A DNA stretch of 64,000 nucleotides, from NCBI RefSeq assembly GCF_006345805.1, contig NC_043003.1, forward strand, positions 88,040,001 to 88,104,000, written 5' to 3'. The stretch comes from Octopus sinensis (taxonomy: Eukaryota). Each line of letters starts with the position of its first letter. Within the stretch, counting starts at the first letter, position 1. Below the pieces are notes generated by a model. It was not told the origin of the DNA. It ran no database searches and saw only the letters and a program-made list of their open reading frames with translations. The position numbers were made by a program, and so were the translations under genes. This document shows, in pieces, positions 1 to 14,469 of the stretch.

Positions 1-748
1 CCCTTGCGGTTGAGCGAACCTGTGGAAGAGGTAGACCCAGGAAGACCTGGGATGAGGTAGTGCAGCATGACCTTCGAACATTGGGCCTCACCGAGGCAAT
101 GACTAGTGACCGGGACCTCTGGAAATATGCTGTGCCTGAGAAGACTCGGCAAGCTCAAATGAGACCATAACCTTGTGGCCTATGCCAGTGGTGTAACCAG
201 TCCACTTATGCGTACCTTTCCTTTATTGGACACTAAACTCCGCTTCCGAAGACCTGTTGAGGCAATCGAAATCGAAATCAAATTCAATGAGTGACATCCG
301 TTCTAATGGAGCGCTAAGAGTGCCATATGAGCGTGATCATTGTCAGAGCAACAAGCTGGCCTCCGTGCCAGTGGCACGTAGAAAACACCATTCAAGTGTG
401 ATCGTTACCTGCGTCACTTTTCTGGCACTTGTGCTGGTGGCACATGAAAAAACATTCAAGCGAGATCGTTGCCAGTGCCGCTGGACTGGTTCCTGTGCAG
501 GTGACACATGTAAAGTAGCCTCTGAGCGTGGCCTTTGTTAATACTGCCTGACTGGCCCTCATGCCGGTGGCACGTAAAAGCACCCACTACACTCTTGGAA
601 TGTTTGGCGTTAGGAAGAGCATCCAGCTGTAGAAACTCTGCCAGATCAGATTGGAGTCTGGTTCAGCTATGTGATTTGCGAGACCTCACTCAAAGCGTCC
701 AACCCATGCTAGCATGGAAAGTGGACATTAAACGATGATGATGATGAT
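1..748 (+). mobile_element. RTE-type LINE, 3' end (ORF C-terminus, 3' UTR, (GAT)n tail)
   Basis: Translates ...TCGRGRPRKTWDEVVQHDLRTLGL..., matching the end of the 59.3-63.1 kb copy; ends CCCATGCTAGCATGG...TAAAC(GAT)n. Confidence 0.9.
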
Positions 749-1544
749 AAATATATATATATATACAAATAAGAAAATGGAGGAACAGATTTCTTTCAAT
801 CATCGACTTACAGATATTACCAATTCATATTATTTATTAGGGGTGGACTGAATATTTGTTTGTTTAGTTTTAACTACTTACGTGGTCCATCTCGATATTA
901 ATAGTTTGATCAAACATTTATTTAATTATGAGGATTTACTTGTATAACCTTTGATCAATAATAAATTACCTATTATATATAGGGGTACATGGATATGATA
1001 TTGGATAACCTTAGATTAATATCTTATATCAATAAATGGATGTATAATTGAATAGATAGGTATTAATGCAGAATTAAAATATGAATAGTTGCATAATTGA
1101 GTAACATTAAAATTGTATATCGATCTCTAAAATATCCACAATAATACACATAAACTCGAAGATATTATATGGTCAGATACAGAATATTTTGTTTTTATTA
1201 CGGTATTTTATACGACTTAAGTTTTGCAACGAATTTAATTGGAGAAGTGAAAACGCTAATGTTAAATTGATTGTAAGGATTAGCATTATAGTAACGGTAT
1301 ATTTACACGATGAATTTGATTTTTGTATCTTTCGTAAATATCTTCCTATTTCTTTCCCATAAATCTTGGCAAATGTGCAATGCATACCTTCTACTTCTTT
1401 TGAAAGTTTTGTCTGAATATTTTCCAACCTTTGCCAAATATATAATCCTAACGTATTATACCCATTTAGGCCACTTTTTATATATTAGGAATTAGCATAG
1501 TTTTCACTTTAAATGGTTTATAATATTATTATTTTAGTTATTAG

Positions 1545-1705
1545 TATGTATATGTGTATGGGGGTGTATATAAGTATGTGCATATGTACATATATGTATG
1601 TATATGTGTATATGGATATGTATGTATGTATGTGTGTATTTATGTACATATGCATATCTATATGTACGTGTGTATGTGCGCATATATGTATGTTTGTATG
1701 TATGT
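1545..1705. repeat. (TATG/TA)n compound microsatellite
   Basis: Direct sequence; explains the low-complexity ORFs at 1513-1775. Confidence 0.9.
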
Positions 1706-2152
1706 GTATTTTAACCAACCAACCGTAACTAAGACAATGAAATTCAAATGTGTCAACCAATTGGATTTAGCTTGAGATTGTAAATAATCTCTCCCCTACC
1801 CCCGTAAGATTTTAAACCACTGTAATACTATATATTAATAATAACGTAAGCATAGCCCGTTACGGCCTACCTCTTACCTCTTGATCTGTGAACTCTACAT
1901 ATGTACATGCATATATCTTTTGTATGATGTAAAAGGGTATAATCTCTTTATATATGTATATGTATTAGTGGATGTTTTTACGCATATATGTATATGCATA
2001 TACATGTGTTTGTTACCTGTGTGTATATATATGTATGCAGAATAAGAGTGAAGTTTCAATTTTGACTGTATGATATATGAATATAATGACATTATTTGTT
2101 GAATTAATGTGCTTGCATCTTTCATAGGCATCTGTCTATATATTATGTTATA

Positions 2153-2212
2153 CCGTCCAACCCATGCTAGCATGGAGAACGGACGTTAAACGATGATGAT
2201 GATGATGATGAT
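2153..2212 (+). mobile_element. 60-bp 5'-truncated RTE 3' stub
   Basis: CCGTCCAACCCATGCTAGCATGGAGAACGGACGTTAAAC(GAT)7, same as other RTE 3' termini in the window. Confidence 0.85.
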
Positions 2213-2489
2213 ATATTATATATGTGATATACAATATATTATATTATATTACACTATATTATATTTTATGTGGTATTTTCCATCAACTATGTATTGGGAA
2301 TAGCAGAATGCACATATTCCAATATTGGTATTATTTATTTATAATAATAATAATATTAATAGTTTTGGTAATGTAATGTAATGAACTTTGTATATGTACC
2401 CATTGATGTGGATGTATTTGTATACTCCAGTATATATATTTGAATATCTGTAACCTTATGTGTATGTATATTATTAAATATATACTTAT

Positions 2490-2522
2490 ATATGTCTATA
2501 TATATATGTATATACACTTATA

Positions 2523-2584
<62 letters not shown>

Positions 2585-2612
2585 TATATATACACTTATA
2601 TATATATATATA
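2490..2612. repeat. (AT)n microsatellite
   Basis: Direct sequence; a similar tract lies at about 3137-3268. Confidence 0.95.
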
Positions 2613-3134
2613 TTCTTTTGTATGTGTATTTTGTTTCATATTTATATTTGCATATTTTTATAATTGTACTTTATAATCTCTGGCGAGGCCTTGAGATATA
2701 TAAGTAACTCATTTTTAACAGCATATTACCTCAATACATCTGACTATTATAGGCATAATGAGATACTTTTATCTACAGGCTGAAACAGCTGTAAGATCCA
2801 TTTTATGTGTATTATTTTTATGGTATTATCTTACTTACTGATGTATATTGTCTTATTCTGTTGGATTTGGATGTTTCTATTTAATTAGTTAATAGATTAT
2901 ATGAATTGGTATTATCTGTAAGTCGATGATTGAAAGAAATCTGTTCCTCCATTTTCTTATTTGTATTATGAATTTGAGGTAAAATATTTTACCTTCGCCC
3001 ATCTAAAACAATAAATGAATTGCATTGCAATTATAAGCATTTATATATTTGCCTTTTGGGTACTTCACCAGCAGTATATTGGATAACTGATATCCCATAG
3101 TGGGTTACACTCATAACCCCTATCTCACTTTGTA

Positions 3135-3202
<68 letters not shown>

Positions 3203-3203
3203 C

Positions 3204-3256
<53 letters not shown>

Positions 3257-3273
3257 TACATATATATAAGTGC

Positions 3274-3620
3274 AGGTGTGGTGGTGTGGTGTGGTAAGAA
3301 ACTTGGTTCTAAAGCACATGGTCGTGAGTTCAGTCCCACGGTGTGGTAACTTGGCATGTGTTTTCTGCTGTAGCCTCAGACCAACCAAAGTCATGTGAGT
3401 GGATTTTGTAGACAGAAACTGAAAGAAACCCATCGTATATATATGTGTATATGTAAGTCTTTGTGTCTCTGCCTCATCACAGCTTGACAACTGGTGTTGG
3501 TTTATTTACATCCCTGTAACTTAATGGTTTGACAACAATAGACCAATAGAATACGTACCAGGTTTATCAAAATAAAATAAAGCACTGGGGTTGATTCATT
3601 CGACAAAAAATTTTTCAAGG
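3274..3620 (+). mobile_element. Diverged tRNA-derived SINE (family A)
   Basis: Head GTGTGGTAAGAAACTTGG...GAGTTCAGTCCCAC; body GTAGACAGAAACTGAAAGAA homologous to the 10441 and 63385 copies. Confidence 0.75.
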
Positions 3621-3689
3621 TAGTCTCATATTTTTGTTTGCCTACTCAATTGTATCTCTCAATCTATCTTTCTGTGTACATATGTACAT

Positions 3690-5964
3690 ATCATCATCAT
3701 CATCATTTAACGTCCATTTTCCATGATATCATGGGTTGGACAGTTCTACCAGGATCTGGAAAACCATGAGTGTAGTGGGTGTTTTTTATGTGCCACCAGC
3801 ACAGGGGCCAGAGGAGGCTGGCAAACGGCCACGATCAGTTGGTGCTTTTATGTGTCACCGACACAGACGCCAATGAGGCGGTGCTGGCATCTGCCACGTT
3901 CGGACGGTGCTTTTTACATATCACCGGCACGGGTGTCTTAACTGCAATTTTCATTTGATTTTTATTGTGATGTTGGTGTTGACGTACTTGATTCGATAAG
4001 TCTCAAGAACAGTGGGCCACTCTACGATCCAAGGTTAGCACAGCAGGCCATCCTGTGAGCCATGAACAACTCACTTCATTTGTTGGATCATCACAGTTAC
4101 AGCATATCTCAGAGGTCTCGGTCTTCGTCATTTCCTCTGTGAGACCCTATGTGCCACCGGCAGGGGTATCGCATCTACAATATCCATACAATTTTTATTT
4201 TGATGTTGATGAACTTGATACAATAGGTCTCCTCAAGCGCAGCAGGCCATCCTGCAAGTCATGAACTCACTTCATTTGTCGGGTTTTCGAAGTCACAGCA
4301 TATCTCCAGAGGTCTCGGTCTTTCGTCATAGCCTCTGTGAGGCTCAATGTACGATGGTCATGCTTCACCACCTCATCCCATGTCTTCTTGGGTCTACCTC
4401 TACCCCGGATTCCTTCAACAGTTTGGGAGAGGCACTTCTTCACTTATTTTTCCAAATCTATCCATAATACATGACCATACCAACTCAAACGTCACTCCTG
4501 CACACTGCATCCGATGCTACTTATGCCCAACATCTCTCAGGGTGCTTACACTCTGTGATGCATGGACACTGACATTACACATCCAGCGGATCATGCTAGC
4601 TTCATTTCTTTTGAGCCTACGCATATTCTCAGCAGTCACGGCCCATGTTTCACTACCGTGAAGCATGGCAGTTTGCACACATGCAGCGTATAATCTACCT
4701 GTCACACTGAGCAAGAGACCCTGTCGCCAGTAGGGGAAGAAGCTTTCTAAACTTTGCCCAGGCTATTCTTATTCTAGTGGTAACACTCTCTGAGCATCCA
4801 CCCCTGCTACTAACTTGGTCACCTAGGTAGCAGAAACTATCAACTACCTCTAGTTTCACCCCCAGGAGTGTAATGGAATCTGTTTTCTGAGTATCAATGG
4901 TGTCTATTGCCCCTGTGCATCTGCCGCACACAAAAGCTATCTTCTTGGTTAATTTTCCTTTGATATTGCTGCACCTCTTATGTGTCCATAGCTTACACTG
5001 GGTACATCTTATGGAGTTTCTACCTACATCTTTTCTACAGATCGAGCAGAGCCACCTGAAGGGGTGTGTGGTGAGTTTGTCTTCCTACTTACTAGAACTT
5101 TGGTCTTTGCTACATTGACTCTAAGGCCTTTTGATTCTAAACCTAGCTTTCACACACAAAATTTCTTCTCTAGTTCCAGTAGTGATTCTGCTACATGGGC
5201 TAGGTCATCAGCATAGAGGAGCTCCCAGGGACAACCCGATTTAAATTCCTCTGTTATTGCCTGGAGGACTATGATGAATAAAAGGAGACTGAGGGCTGAG
5301 CCTTGGTGAACGCCAGCTTCTAGCCAGAATTCTTCACTATACTCATTGCCAATCCTAACCTTACTAACAGCCTCTCTGTATAGGGCCTGTACAGCCCTTA
5401 TTAACCAGTCGTCAATCTCCAGTTTCTGCATCGCCCACCAGATAAGGGATCGGGGGACACTGTCAAAGGCTTTCTGCAAGTCCACAAAAGCTAAGTATAG
5501 GGGTTTATCTTTGGCTAGGTATTTCTCCTGCAGTTGTCGAACCATGAATATGGCATCAGTGGTGCTTCTACCCGGTACAAAACCGAACTGCATCTCATCT
5601 AAGCAGACTCTCTCCGTGACCGTTATCACCTGATCCAGCAGTTTGATACCCCTGTAGTTATTTCTATCTCTATCACCTTTACTCTTGTAGCAGTCGACTA
5701 TGGTGCTGCTATGCCAGTCGTTGGGTATGACTCCATCATGAACTACCTGGTTTACAATGCGGGTGACTAGGCCATAGCTCACACCACCAGATGTTTTAAG
5801 CATCTCAGCAATGATTCCTGATGGGCCAGGGGCTTTTCCTGGTTTAATACCCTTAATTGCCTTATCTACTAGGGAGCTATCTATACGGATAGCTGGTCCC
5901 TCTACTGAGTCAACATTTGGCAGGCTCTCCTCCCCCCATTCATTCACCACATTCATCAGTCTTT

Positions 5965-5965
<1 letters not shown>
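3690..5965 (-). mobile_element. RTE-type LINE, 5'-truncated, with a duplicated 3' UTR segment
   Basis: (CAT)n tail at 3690. ORF 5150-6040 carries RT motifs (KAPGPSGI, NYRGIKLL, QFGFVPGRST, VDLQKAFD, HQGSALS, LYADD). Segment ~3990-4140 recurs in diverged form at ~4190-4330. Confidence 0.92.
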
Positions 5966-6017
<52 letters not shown>

Positions 6018-6036
6018 TTGTGCATATATATATATA

Positions 6037-6570
6037 TCAATATCTATAAAGTTGAAATGTGAAAAAGTTTCTTGGTTATTTGTCTCATTTTGGGATGGGA
6101 ACGGTAGATGGGGTCGGATTGGCGCCAAAATTTACACTGGGGGTAAAATGGGGTGGGCAATGGTGTTAGGAGGGTTGCAAGTTGCTCGGGGCTACCATTT
6201 GGTTGCCATGGTGAGGAGTATGGGAAAAATTGAGTTTTATGGGATAGACAGGTTGCACTGTTTGAATAATGGTGGCTTTTCGTGTTGCTGAAGGGGCTAT
6301 CTTTAATTGTGGGTGTAAAAATTTGGGGGATTTTGGAAAGGGAGGGGCCATCAGCTATGGAGATGATGAGAAGGAGAAAAGAAAGAGTGGAAGAAGAGAA
6401 AGAAGAAAAAGAAGATAAAGACAAGGAAAAAATAAAAATAAGAAAAAGAAAAGGGCAATAAAAAGAACCAGGCAAAGAAGACTCACAAAAGAAGAAAGGG
6501 AAAAGGAGACAACATGCACAATATAACACCACCACCAAAACCCAAGCGAAGCACGAGTCAAAATAGCTAG
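6037..6570 (+). mobile_element. Non-autonomous Helitron-like element 1
   Basis: Starts A|TCAATATCTATAAAG; ends GCGAAGCACGAGTCAAAATAGCTAG|T. Fits the TC...CTAG termini and A|T target of Helitrons. Confidence 0.55.
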
Positions 6571-8187
6571 TCTGTTATATAAAAGTCTTTGTGTGTTACT
6601 TATAGACTCGAAAAACTACTGGATCGAGTCTAATGAAATTTGGAACACAAAATCCAAGGATAGGGAGAATAGTAATGCTGTATGTTTCATGCAATTTTGA
6701 GGGAGCAGAACACCTCAGTGAAAATTCATATGCTTTGGATCTTGATGAAATTTCAACCATAGACACAAATCAAGAAGCATTCCCAATGTTTCCGCTTCTC
6801 ATGAGGATTCTAAGACCCCCTAATGAGGGCCTTAACTCCCAAACTTTAGTCAATTTTTATAATCCAAAACAAGGTCAAAAATACTGAATGGATCTTTATG
6901 AAATTTGGAAATTATATTCTATGCATAAGGACAGATGTAATGCAGTATATGTTTGAAAGTAAGGGGGGCATAAATGAAACTATAGCCCCTTGAAAATTCA
7001 TATACTTTTGCTGTTGATGAAATTTTAACCATAGATATTAGACACAAATGAAGTAATATTCCTAAAATTTCAACTTCTTAGGAGTTAGTAAGACTCTTTG
7101 ATGGAGGCTTAACCCCAACAATTTAGTCATTTTCCCTAAGCCAAGATGAATACAATTGTAGTCTTGGAATCTGTAGAGTCACCCGAGCATACAAGATGAG
7201 CGTTATTTGTAATTCAATGGTACAACAGTGTAAGAGTTTGCTTTGAGATATACTCTGATTGTGATTTCTGCAATGTGGTGCAGAAATTGTCAAGTAAAGG
7301 AGATACATCTTTGCCTCCACTGATTCAGTTGTAAAGTGTTATTTTGAGTAAAGTTATTTGTTGCACACCTCCTTTGAGTCTTTTTATTATCATTGGGTCA
7401 AAGATAGTCCCCAGATGGTAACACTGATTTCGAGGCCTTTCCAGATAAGTGATTGGTCATTCAAAGAGATTTATAGATTGCAAATTTATTCTGTCCAGTT
7501 ACCTATCGGCATAGTGGTCATTGGCAAACTCCAGACGTGACACTTTTATTTCTCCTTAGCCCTCACATCACACAGTTGTTAATGTTTATTTGAGTTGGGT
7601 CACACCCTTCCAATTGCTATAGATCCGTAATGCATCTTTCAACTGTGCCTGTCACCTGTATGGTGAGGAATCTTACATTGGAGAGTGGTAATGACTAGGG
7701 TAGCTGACTGCTTATTGTGATCATTCGTCTTTTGGTTTCCTCTAGCTTTCCTCTCTTCTACAAACCCAGTGAACATTCATATATTTCCGATTTCAAATTT
7801 GTACAATGGATATAAGACACAAGTTAAAAAAGATTCCCAACAATTCAACTTCTCTGGTTGACTTTAAGACCCCCCCCCCCCAATAGGGGCCTTAACTTCC
7901 ACATTTTAGAGCTGCATGTGCTCCATTTTTCAAGAGCGAAAACCTTTCAATAGGTTTTATAAGATTTGGATTTTGGAATATGGGCATAAAGATGAGTAGT
8001 ATGTGATAAATATGTTGTGATAAGAATTTTTGTCAGGGTGTGTAAAGAGGGAAAAAACCCTCATTAAAATTCTTAATCTCCAATTTTGATGAAATTCAAA
8101 TCATGGGTACTCCAGTTCATTAGAGACAATATAAAAGAAAAGTCTAATTCTTCAATTCCATGTGGCAATGCTGGGTATCTCTGCTAG
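6571..8187 (+). mobile_element. Non-autonomous Helitron/HINE-like element 2
   Basis: Starts TCTGTTATATAAAAG...ACTACTGGATCGAGTCTAATGAAATTTGG; ends GGCAATGCTGGGTATCTCTGCTAG|T. A ~65-bp internal motif recurs at ~6783, ~7061 and ~7837. Confidence 0.6.
7126..7740 (-). mobile_element. Heavily decayed non-LTR RT fragment nested in Helitron-like element 2
   Basis: Frame-broken remnants resembling RPITCL (*PITYL), NNxLxxNQ (QNNTLQLNQW) and VFLDYKK (VVPLNYK). Confidence 0.35.
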
Positions 8188-8729
8188 TATATATATATGA
8201 ATGAGCAGAATTATGATGTAAGCATATGCTAAAACCCCTCATAACTTTTTTATTTTTACGAATTAAAAAAAATTTTTTTCAATTCTGTCTTCTGCAAAAT
8301 GGAATTGATATGACTATGCAAAAAAAAAAAAAAAAAAACTCCCATCCCCACCAATTTTTTTTTTAATTCATGGTTTTAAAATATGGCCTGTCAGAATCTA
8401 CCATTCATTTCTCTTTATAACTTCCAAATATTTTTTTATGGAAGAAAGTCAATTGATGGTCTTCACACTTTTACACATAATCCTGGACTTTGAAATGCCA
8501 GTGATACACTGCATGTCCATCAGCAATATTAGCGGACAGACAGCTGTGCAGTGATATGACATATAGTCCAAGTAGATGAAAGCCTTCTTTTTAAGAGGAA
8601 AAAATGAAGTTGGAAGAGTAGTGAAGAAGTTTTGGATACTTGTGATTGTCGTAACCAACGGTGTACCAGTTTTTTATGTGTGTATGCGCATGTATAAAGA
8701 TATAATTAAAACAATATGTATACACCCCT

Positions 8730-9810
<1,081 letters not shown>

Positions 9811-9953
9811 AGTAAAAGCAATTAAGATTCAAGTCAGTAAAAGCAATTAAGATTCAAGTCAGTTCTAATGAATTCACTTGAATGCAGTACTTAACTTAGA
9901 TGCACCAGAAAACTATATGGTATTAACCATACAATAATGTGGGGTGATTATAA

Positions 9954-10430
9954 ACGAGAAAAAAGCAACAAGAATGGATTAGTTTTTTAGTACAATTGTT
10001 TCATACAAAGACAGGCTTTATTAAAAGCTGTAAATATTGCAGCAAATACAAGTGTCCCGTACTCATCAGCTAAAACACATATGAGTTCTCCAAACATCTT
10101 ATTAAAATAAGCTTTTTTAAAACCTGTGATAAGACTGTGCATCATCATTAAAGAACTTTGGAAGTCTGCTTCCTGTGATAAGACTGTGCATCATCATTAA
10201 AGAACTTTGGAAGTCTGCTTACAACCTGAATTTGCTTTTTATAGAATTATCTCCGATACTTCATGAGTGTAGCCTCACCCACTAAGATGTTTGGAGAACT
10301 CATATGTGTTTTAGCTGATGAGTACGGGACACTTGTATTTGCTGCAATATTTACAGCTTTTAATAAAGCCTGTCTTTGTATGAAACAATTGTACTAAAAA
10401 ACTAATCCATTCTTGTTACTTTTTTCTCGT
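9954..10430. repeat. 148-bp near-perfect inverted repeat with a 181-bp spacer
   Basis: 9954-10101 is the reverse complement of 10283-10430 with one visible mismatch. The spacer holds a ~49-bp tandem duplication. Confidence 0.92.
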
Positions 10431-10440
10431 ATATATATAT

Positions 10441-10837
10441 ACTCTTTTACTTGTTTCAGTCGTTTGACTGCGGCCATGCTGAAGCACCGCCTTTAGTCGA
10501 GCAAATCGACCCCGGGACTTATTCTTTGTAAGTCCAGTACTTATTCTATCGATCTCTCTTGCCGAACCGCTAAGTGACGGGGACGTAAACACACCAGCAT
10601 CGGTTGTCAAGCAATGCTAGGGGGACAAACACAGACACACAAACATATACACACACACTTATATATATATACATATATACGACAGGCTTCTTTCAGTTTC
10701 CGTCTACCAAATCCACTCACAAGGCATTGGTCAGCCCGAGGCTATAGCAGAAGACACTTGCCCAAGATGCCACGCAGTGGGACTGAACCCGGAACCATGT
10801 GGTTGGTTAGCAAGCTACTTACCACACAGCCACTCCT
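10441..10837 (-). mobile_element. tRNA-derived SINE (family A), full length
   Basis: Minus-strand head AGGAGTGGCTGTGTGGTAAGTAGCTTG...GGGTTCAGTCCC (A/B boxes), internal (AC/AT)n; nearly identical to 29803-30205. Resembles the OK/OR-type octopus SINEs from memory; not verified. Confidence 0.88.
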
Positions 10838-11887
10838 GTGTATATATATATATACAACAAAGCCTAATGGTGTGAATTTTCTAAAACTCCTTTAGGGAGA
10901 AACGGTTTTCCCAATGAATTCCAATTTAATCAGAATCTTTGTAGGAAAGAAATATTTAATTTTCTCAAGGTGTCATGAAGAAGCAAATCTTTGGAGCACA
11001 ATTGTGTAGATATGCCGAAATATTTATATATATACAAGGATGTATATAAAACTAACTCTAAAAATGTGTGTGTGTGTGTATATATTTGTATGTTTCTGTA
11101 CGCATTGATATATGCATATGTATAAGTTTCAGAAGATAATAGAATAATGGAATAAAAGTCAGTCATAATAAGAGATCTCCCAAAAATCTATTTCCTTAAT
11201 TTTTAACTACTGTTTCTGGCACACATATTTACACACTTTTGATTTTGAAGTATCAAAAAATTATTTGGATATTATAAAGAGAAACGAATGTTATATTTGG
11301 ACTGTCCATATTTTAAAACCACAAATTTAAAAAAAACAATTTGTGTGTGTCAAATTTTTTCATGGCTTCACAGGAAAAAGCATGGAAAACTGCATCAAGA
11401 TAACCAATTTTCAGATTTTTTACTTTCTTGTAAAAAAAAGCAGATTTTGTGAATGAAACAAACTAGATCCTGATTAAGAAAGGAATGTTTAATATAGCAA
11501 ATTTTCAGATTTCTTTAAAGTCATTTTAAAAGTGAGCTGATTTTGTGACTCAAACTAACTAGATCCAAGTACTGTGAATACCATACTCCACAATTTATTT
11601 GTATCACATTGATCACGTAAGTGTCATATGGTGTAAATAAACACAATTACCAAACTTTCAATTCACTATTTCATTGTTTGGCATTTCAATTTGTACCTAT
11701 GTACTCCTGAATGCATACAAGTGCATATGTAAAATGACATCCTTTATTTTTTAATAACCTCCTGATATCAAAATAAGTAGTATATTGAAAAATAAAAATA
11801 TTTTCTAGGGTGGGGGGCATTTGTGACTCCAAGGGTCAAAAGGGGACCTTTGGCCACAATGGGTTGAGAACCTTTGGTGTAGATTAT

Positions 11888-13204
11888 GATTACAAAGAAA
11901 TTTGTCGGCAAACTTTTTTGTGTAGGGTGGAGAAGTTTCTGGAAAATGGTGTTTTGGATCAGATGGCCACATAAGTTGAAATTTCTGTTTTGACGGCGAT
12001 AGGGCGGAGAAGTTTCTAGAAAATGGTGTTTTGGATTAGATGGCCCACATAAGTTGGAATTTCTGTTTTGACGGTGATATTTTCCAATTTTTCTTTTTCA
12101 TCACAGTCTTAATAATGACGGGAAGCATTTTTTGTAAAAAAACTTAAGATTTTCTTTTACTCCTGCCACCACCCAACCACTCCAGTCCAGACCGATTTTG
12201 GCCCATTTTTGTTGTTTTTTTTCACTATGCTCTTAAAAAACACAGGAGAAACCTTTCTGGTTAAAAAAAACTGTTTACCTTTTTAGAGGAAAAAGTGTTT
12301 GATTTAAGGGAGATTTGGCTGTTGTTTCTAGCACATCGCATAACCACCCTCCCTGTTTTTTCTCACTTAAATATGTATTGACATTTTTCAATATTTTCCC
12401 CAATAAACACAGTTATGCTATAAAAAAGAGAAATTTTTAAACCTATGATTTTTTTAGCCCCACTCCCTGCTCCCGATTGTTTCTGTTTATATAATTCTAA
12501 AATTTTGGAAAGCCTGAGAAGATTATTGCTGGGATTTATCCAGAGTGATTTTAATGCGAGGTATGTAAAAGATGATTTATTTTGATAGCATAATTTTCTG
12601 TTAGAACATGTTTTTTTCTTACACACACACAGCCTCGCTTTATTGGAGTGCAAGTAAAAATTTAAATTACCATTTTTTCTTTCCGTTTGCTTATATCCCA
12701 GCAATGGACTATGCATGAGTTATTTTGGCATCATCATTCCATAAAATATGTTTATGGGGAGAAATATTTGAAAAACATCAATAGATGTGAGAGTGAGAAA
12801 GAAAGGAGGAGAGAGGTTTTGGGATGTGCTAGAAACAACAGCTAGATCTCCCTTAAATCACACATTTTCCTCCAAAATTATTAACCTTTTTTTTTTTTTA
12901 ACCGAAAACGTTTCTCTCACGGGCTTTAAATACATAGTGAAAAACAAAAACAATGGGCCAAAATCGGTTCAGACTGGGGTGGTGAAGGGATGGTAGGAGT
13001 GAAAAAAATCATAAATTTTCAAAATTTTTTTCGTTTTGCCAAAGAAAGATGCCTCCCATCATTCCTAAGACTGTACTGAAGAATAAATTGGAAAAATTCT
13101 CGTCAAAACAGAAAAATTCCAACTTATGTGAGCCATCTGATCCAAAACTGTTTTCCAGAAACTCGCCCTGTGCAAAAAATTTTGCCTACAAATTTCTTTG
13201 TAAT
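11888..13204. mobile_element. Large imperfect palindrome (foldback-like non-autonomous DNA element)
   Basis: Arms ~11888-12410 and ~12750-13204 are diverged reverse complements (e.g. GTTTCTAGCACATC / GATGTGCTAGAAAC). The left arm has a ~73-bp tandem duplication. Confidence 0.7.
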
Positions 13205-13535
13205 TGTAAGGCATTTGAAAGGCATTTGTATAAAATTTCATTACAAAATACCCATTTTCCTGAAAGTTATGAGGGGGGAAGTTTTGGGTTTTGTGAATTT
13301 TCCAAAACTTCCCTCCTCAACTCCCTCGGTAAACGTTTTTCCAACAAATCTTTATATACACTCAATTGGCCTCCGTAAAGAACATGGACTGCACCCCCTT
13401 TCGGTTATTATTCTTTTTGTTCTTTCAACAGAAACCCACCTTTTCAACTGCAGAGGTTCCGAATCTGCAAAAAAAAAAAAAATCAGCATTTCTAAATTTT
13501 GATTGCCTACCCCACCTCCGAAAACGTGTTTTGGT

Positions 13536-13776
13536 TGTTATTTACATTTGACGGGTATTTGTCCTCATCTTTTTGTTGTTAACACATTTTGGCTGATATA
13601 CCCTCCAGCCTTCATCAGGTGTCTTGGGGAAATTTCGAACCTATGTTCTCATTCCTAAGGTATTTTTTGATGTTATTATTATTATTATTGTTGTTGTTGT
13701 TCAGATCACTACTTGGAATTGAACATGGAATCTTGGGGTTAGTAGCCCACGCTCTTAACCACTACGCCATATGCCC
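13536..13776 (-). mobile_element. tRNA-headed SINE (family B) with hammerhead-like 3' region
   Basis: Minus strand: GGGCATATGGCGTAGTGGTTAAGAGCG...GTTCAATTCC, (AAT)n, then GACAC-CTGATGA-AGGCTG..CAGCC-AAAAT. Confidence 0.75.
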
Positions 13777-13779
13777 ACA

Positions 13780-14438
13780 GGCATTTGGCGTAGTGGTCAA
13801 GAGCATGGGCTATTAACCCCAAGATTCCGAGTTCCATTCCAAGCAGTGACCTGAATAATAATAAAAATAATAATAATAATAAATGCCCTGATGCAGTACC
13901 AGGCAGTGGCTCTCATGGCTTCTGATCTTAACTGATTGGAAGTGTTATCATGTACATTGTTTTGTCTTGGTATAAAAGATGGGCTACAGCAAATATTCTG
14001 CTCAATACCACAGATTTGCTTGTCAGTTGTTTGACCGTAACCAGTTGAGCATGTCCCTTAGTGGCTGATGATATGTGCATCTCTGATCACGAGCAGAAGT
14101 AGTGGGGGAGCATCATAGCCATGTGTTGAGAGGGATTCTTTGGGGTTTGAATAATTCACCTCTGGAAACATGGGTGGTTCTTCCAACATCCTTAGACAAC
14201 CCTTATTCAGGGACCTTTTGAGCGGGATGGGCTACTCAACCTGAAGAAAATTCTAACTGGGCCCCACCTGCAAGGTCATGTGCTGTTTATCTTGATATGA
14301 GATCACCATGACGCGCACATATGGTTGCGATGCATGTGCCTGGTGTACCCTTATCAGACGGGTAGTCATGATGGGTATATTGGGCTTCGTATATTTTACC
14401 CCAGTGTCACTTTGATGGCATGAACTGCTCTCTCACTC

Positions 14439-14469
<31 letters not shown>

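Noticed and set aside
1375-1427. Minus-strand stretch ending GAAG|gtatgc (LENIQTKLSKEVE)
   Set aside because: Good donor but weak acceptor and no recognisable homology.
10102-10395. Possible minus-strand exons (YNCFIQRQALLKAVNIAAN..; VVSRLPKFFNDDAQSYHR)
   Set aside because: Splice-like signals exist, but the peptides are unrecognised and the implied intron is only ~53 nt.
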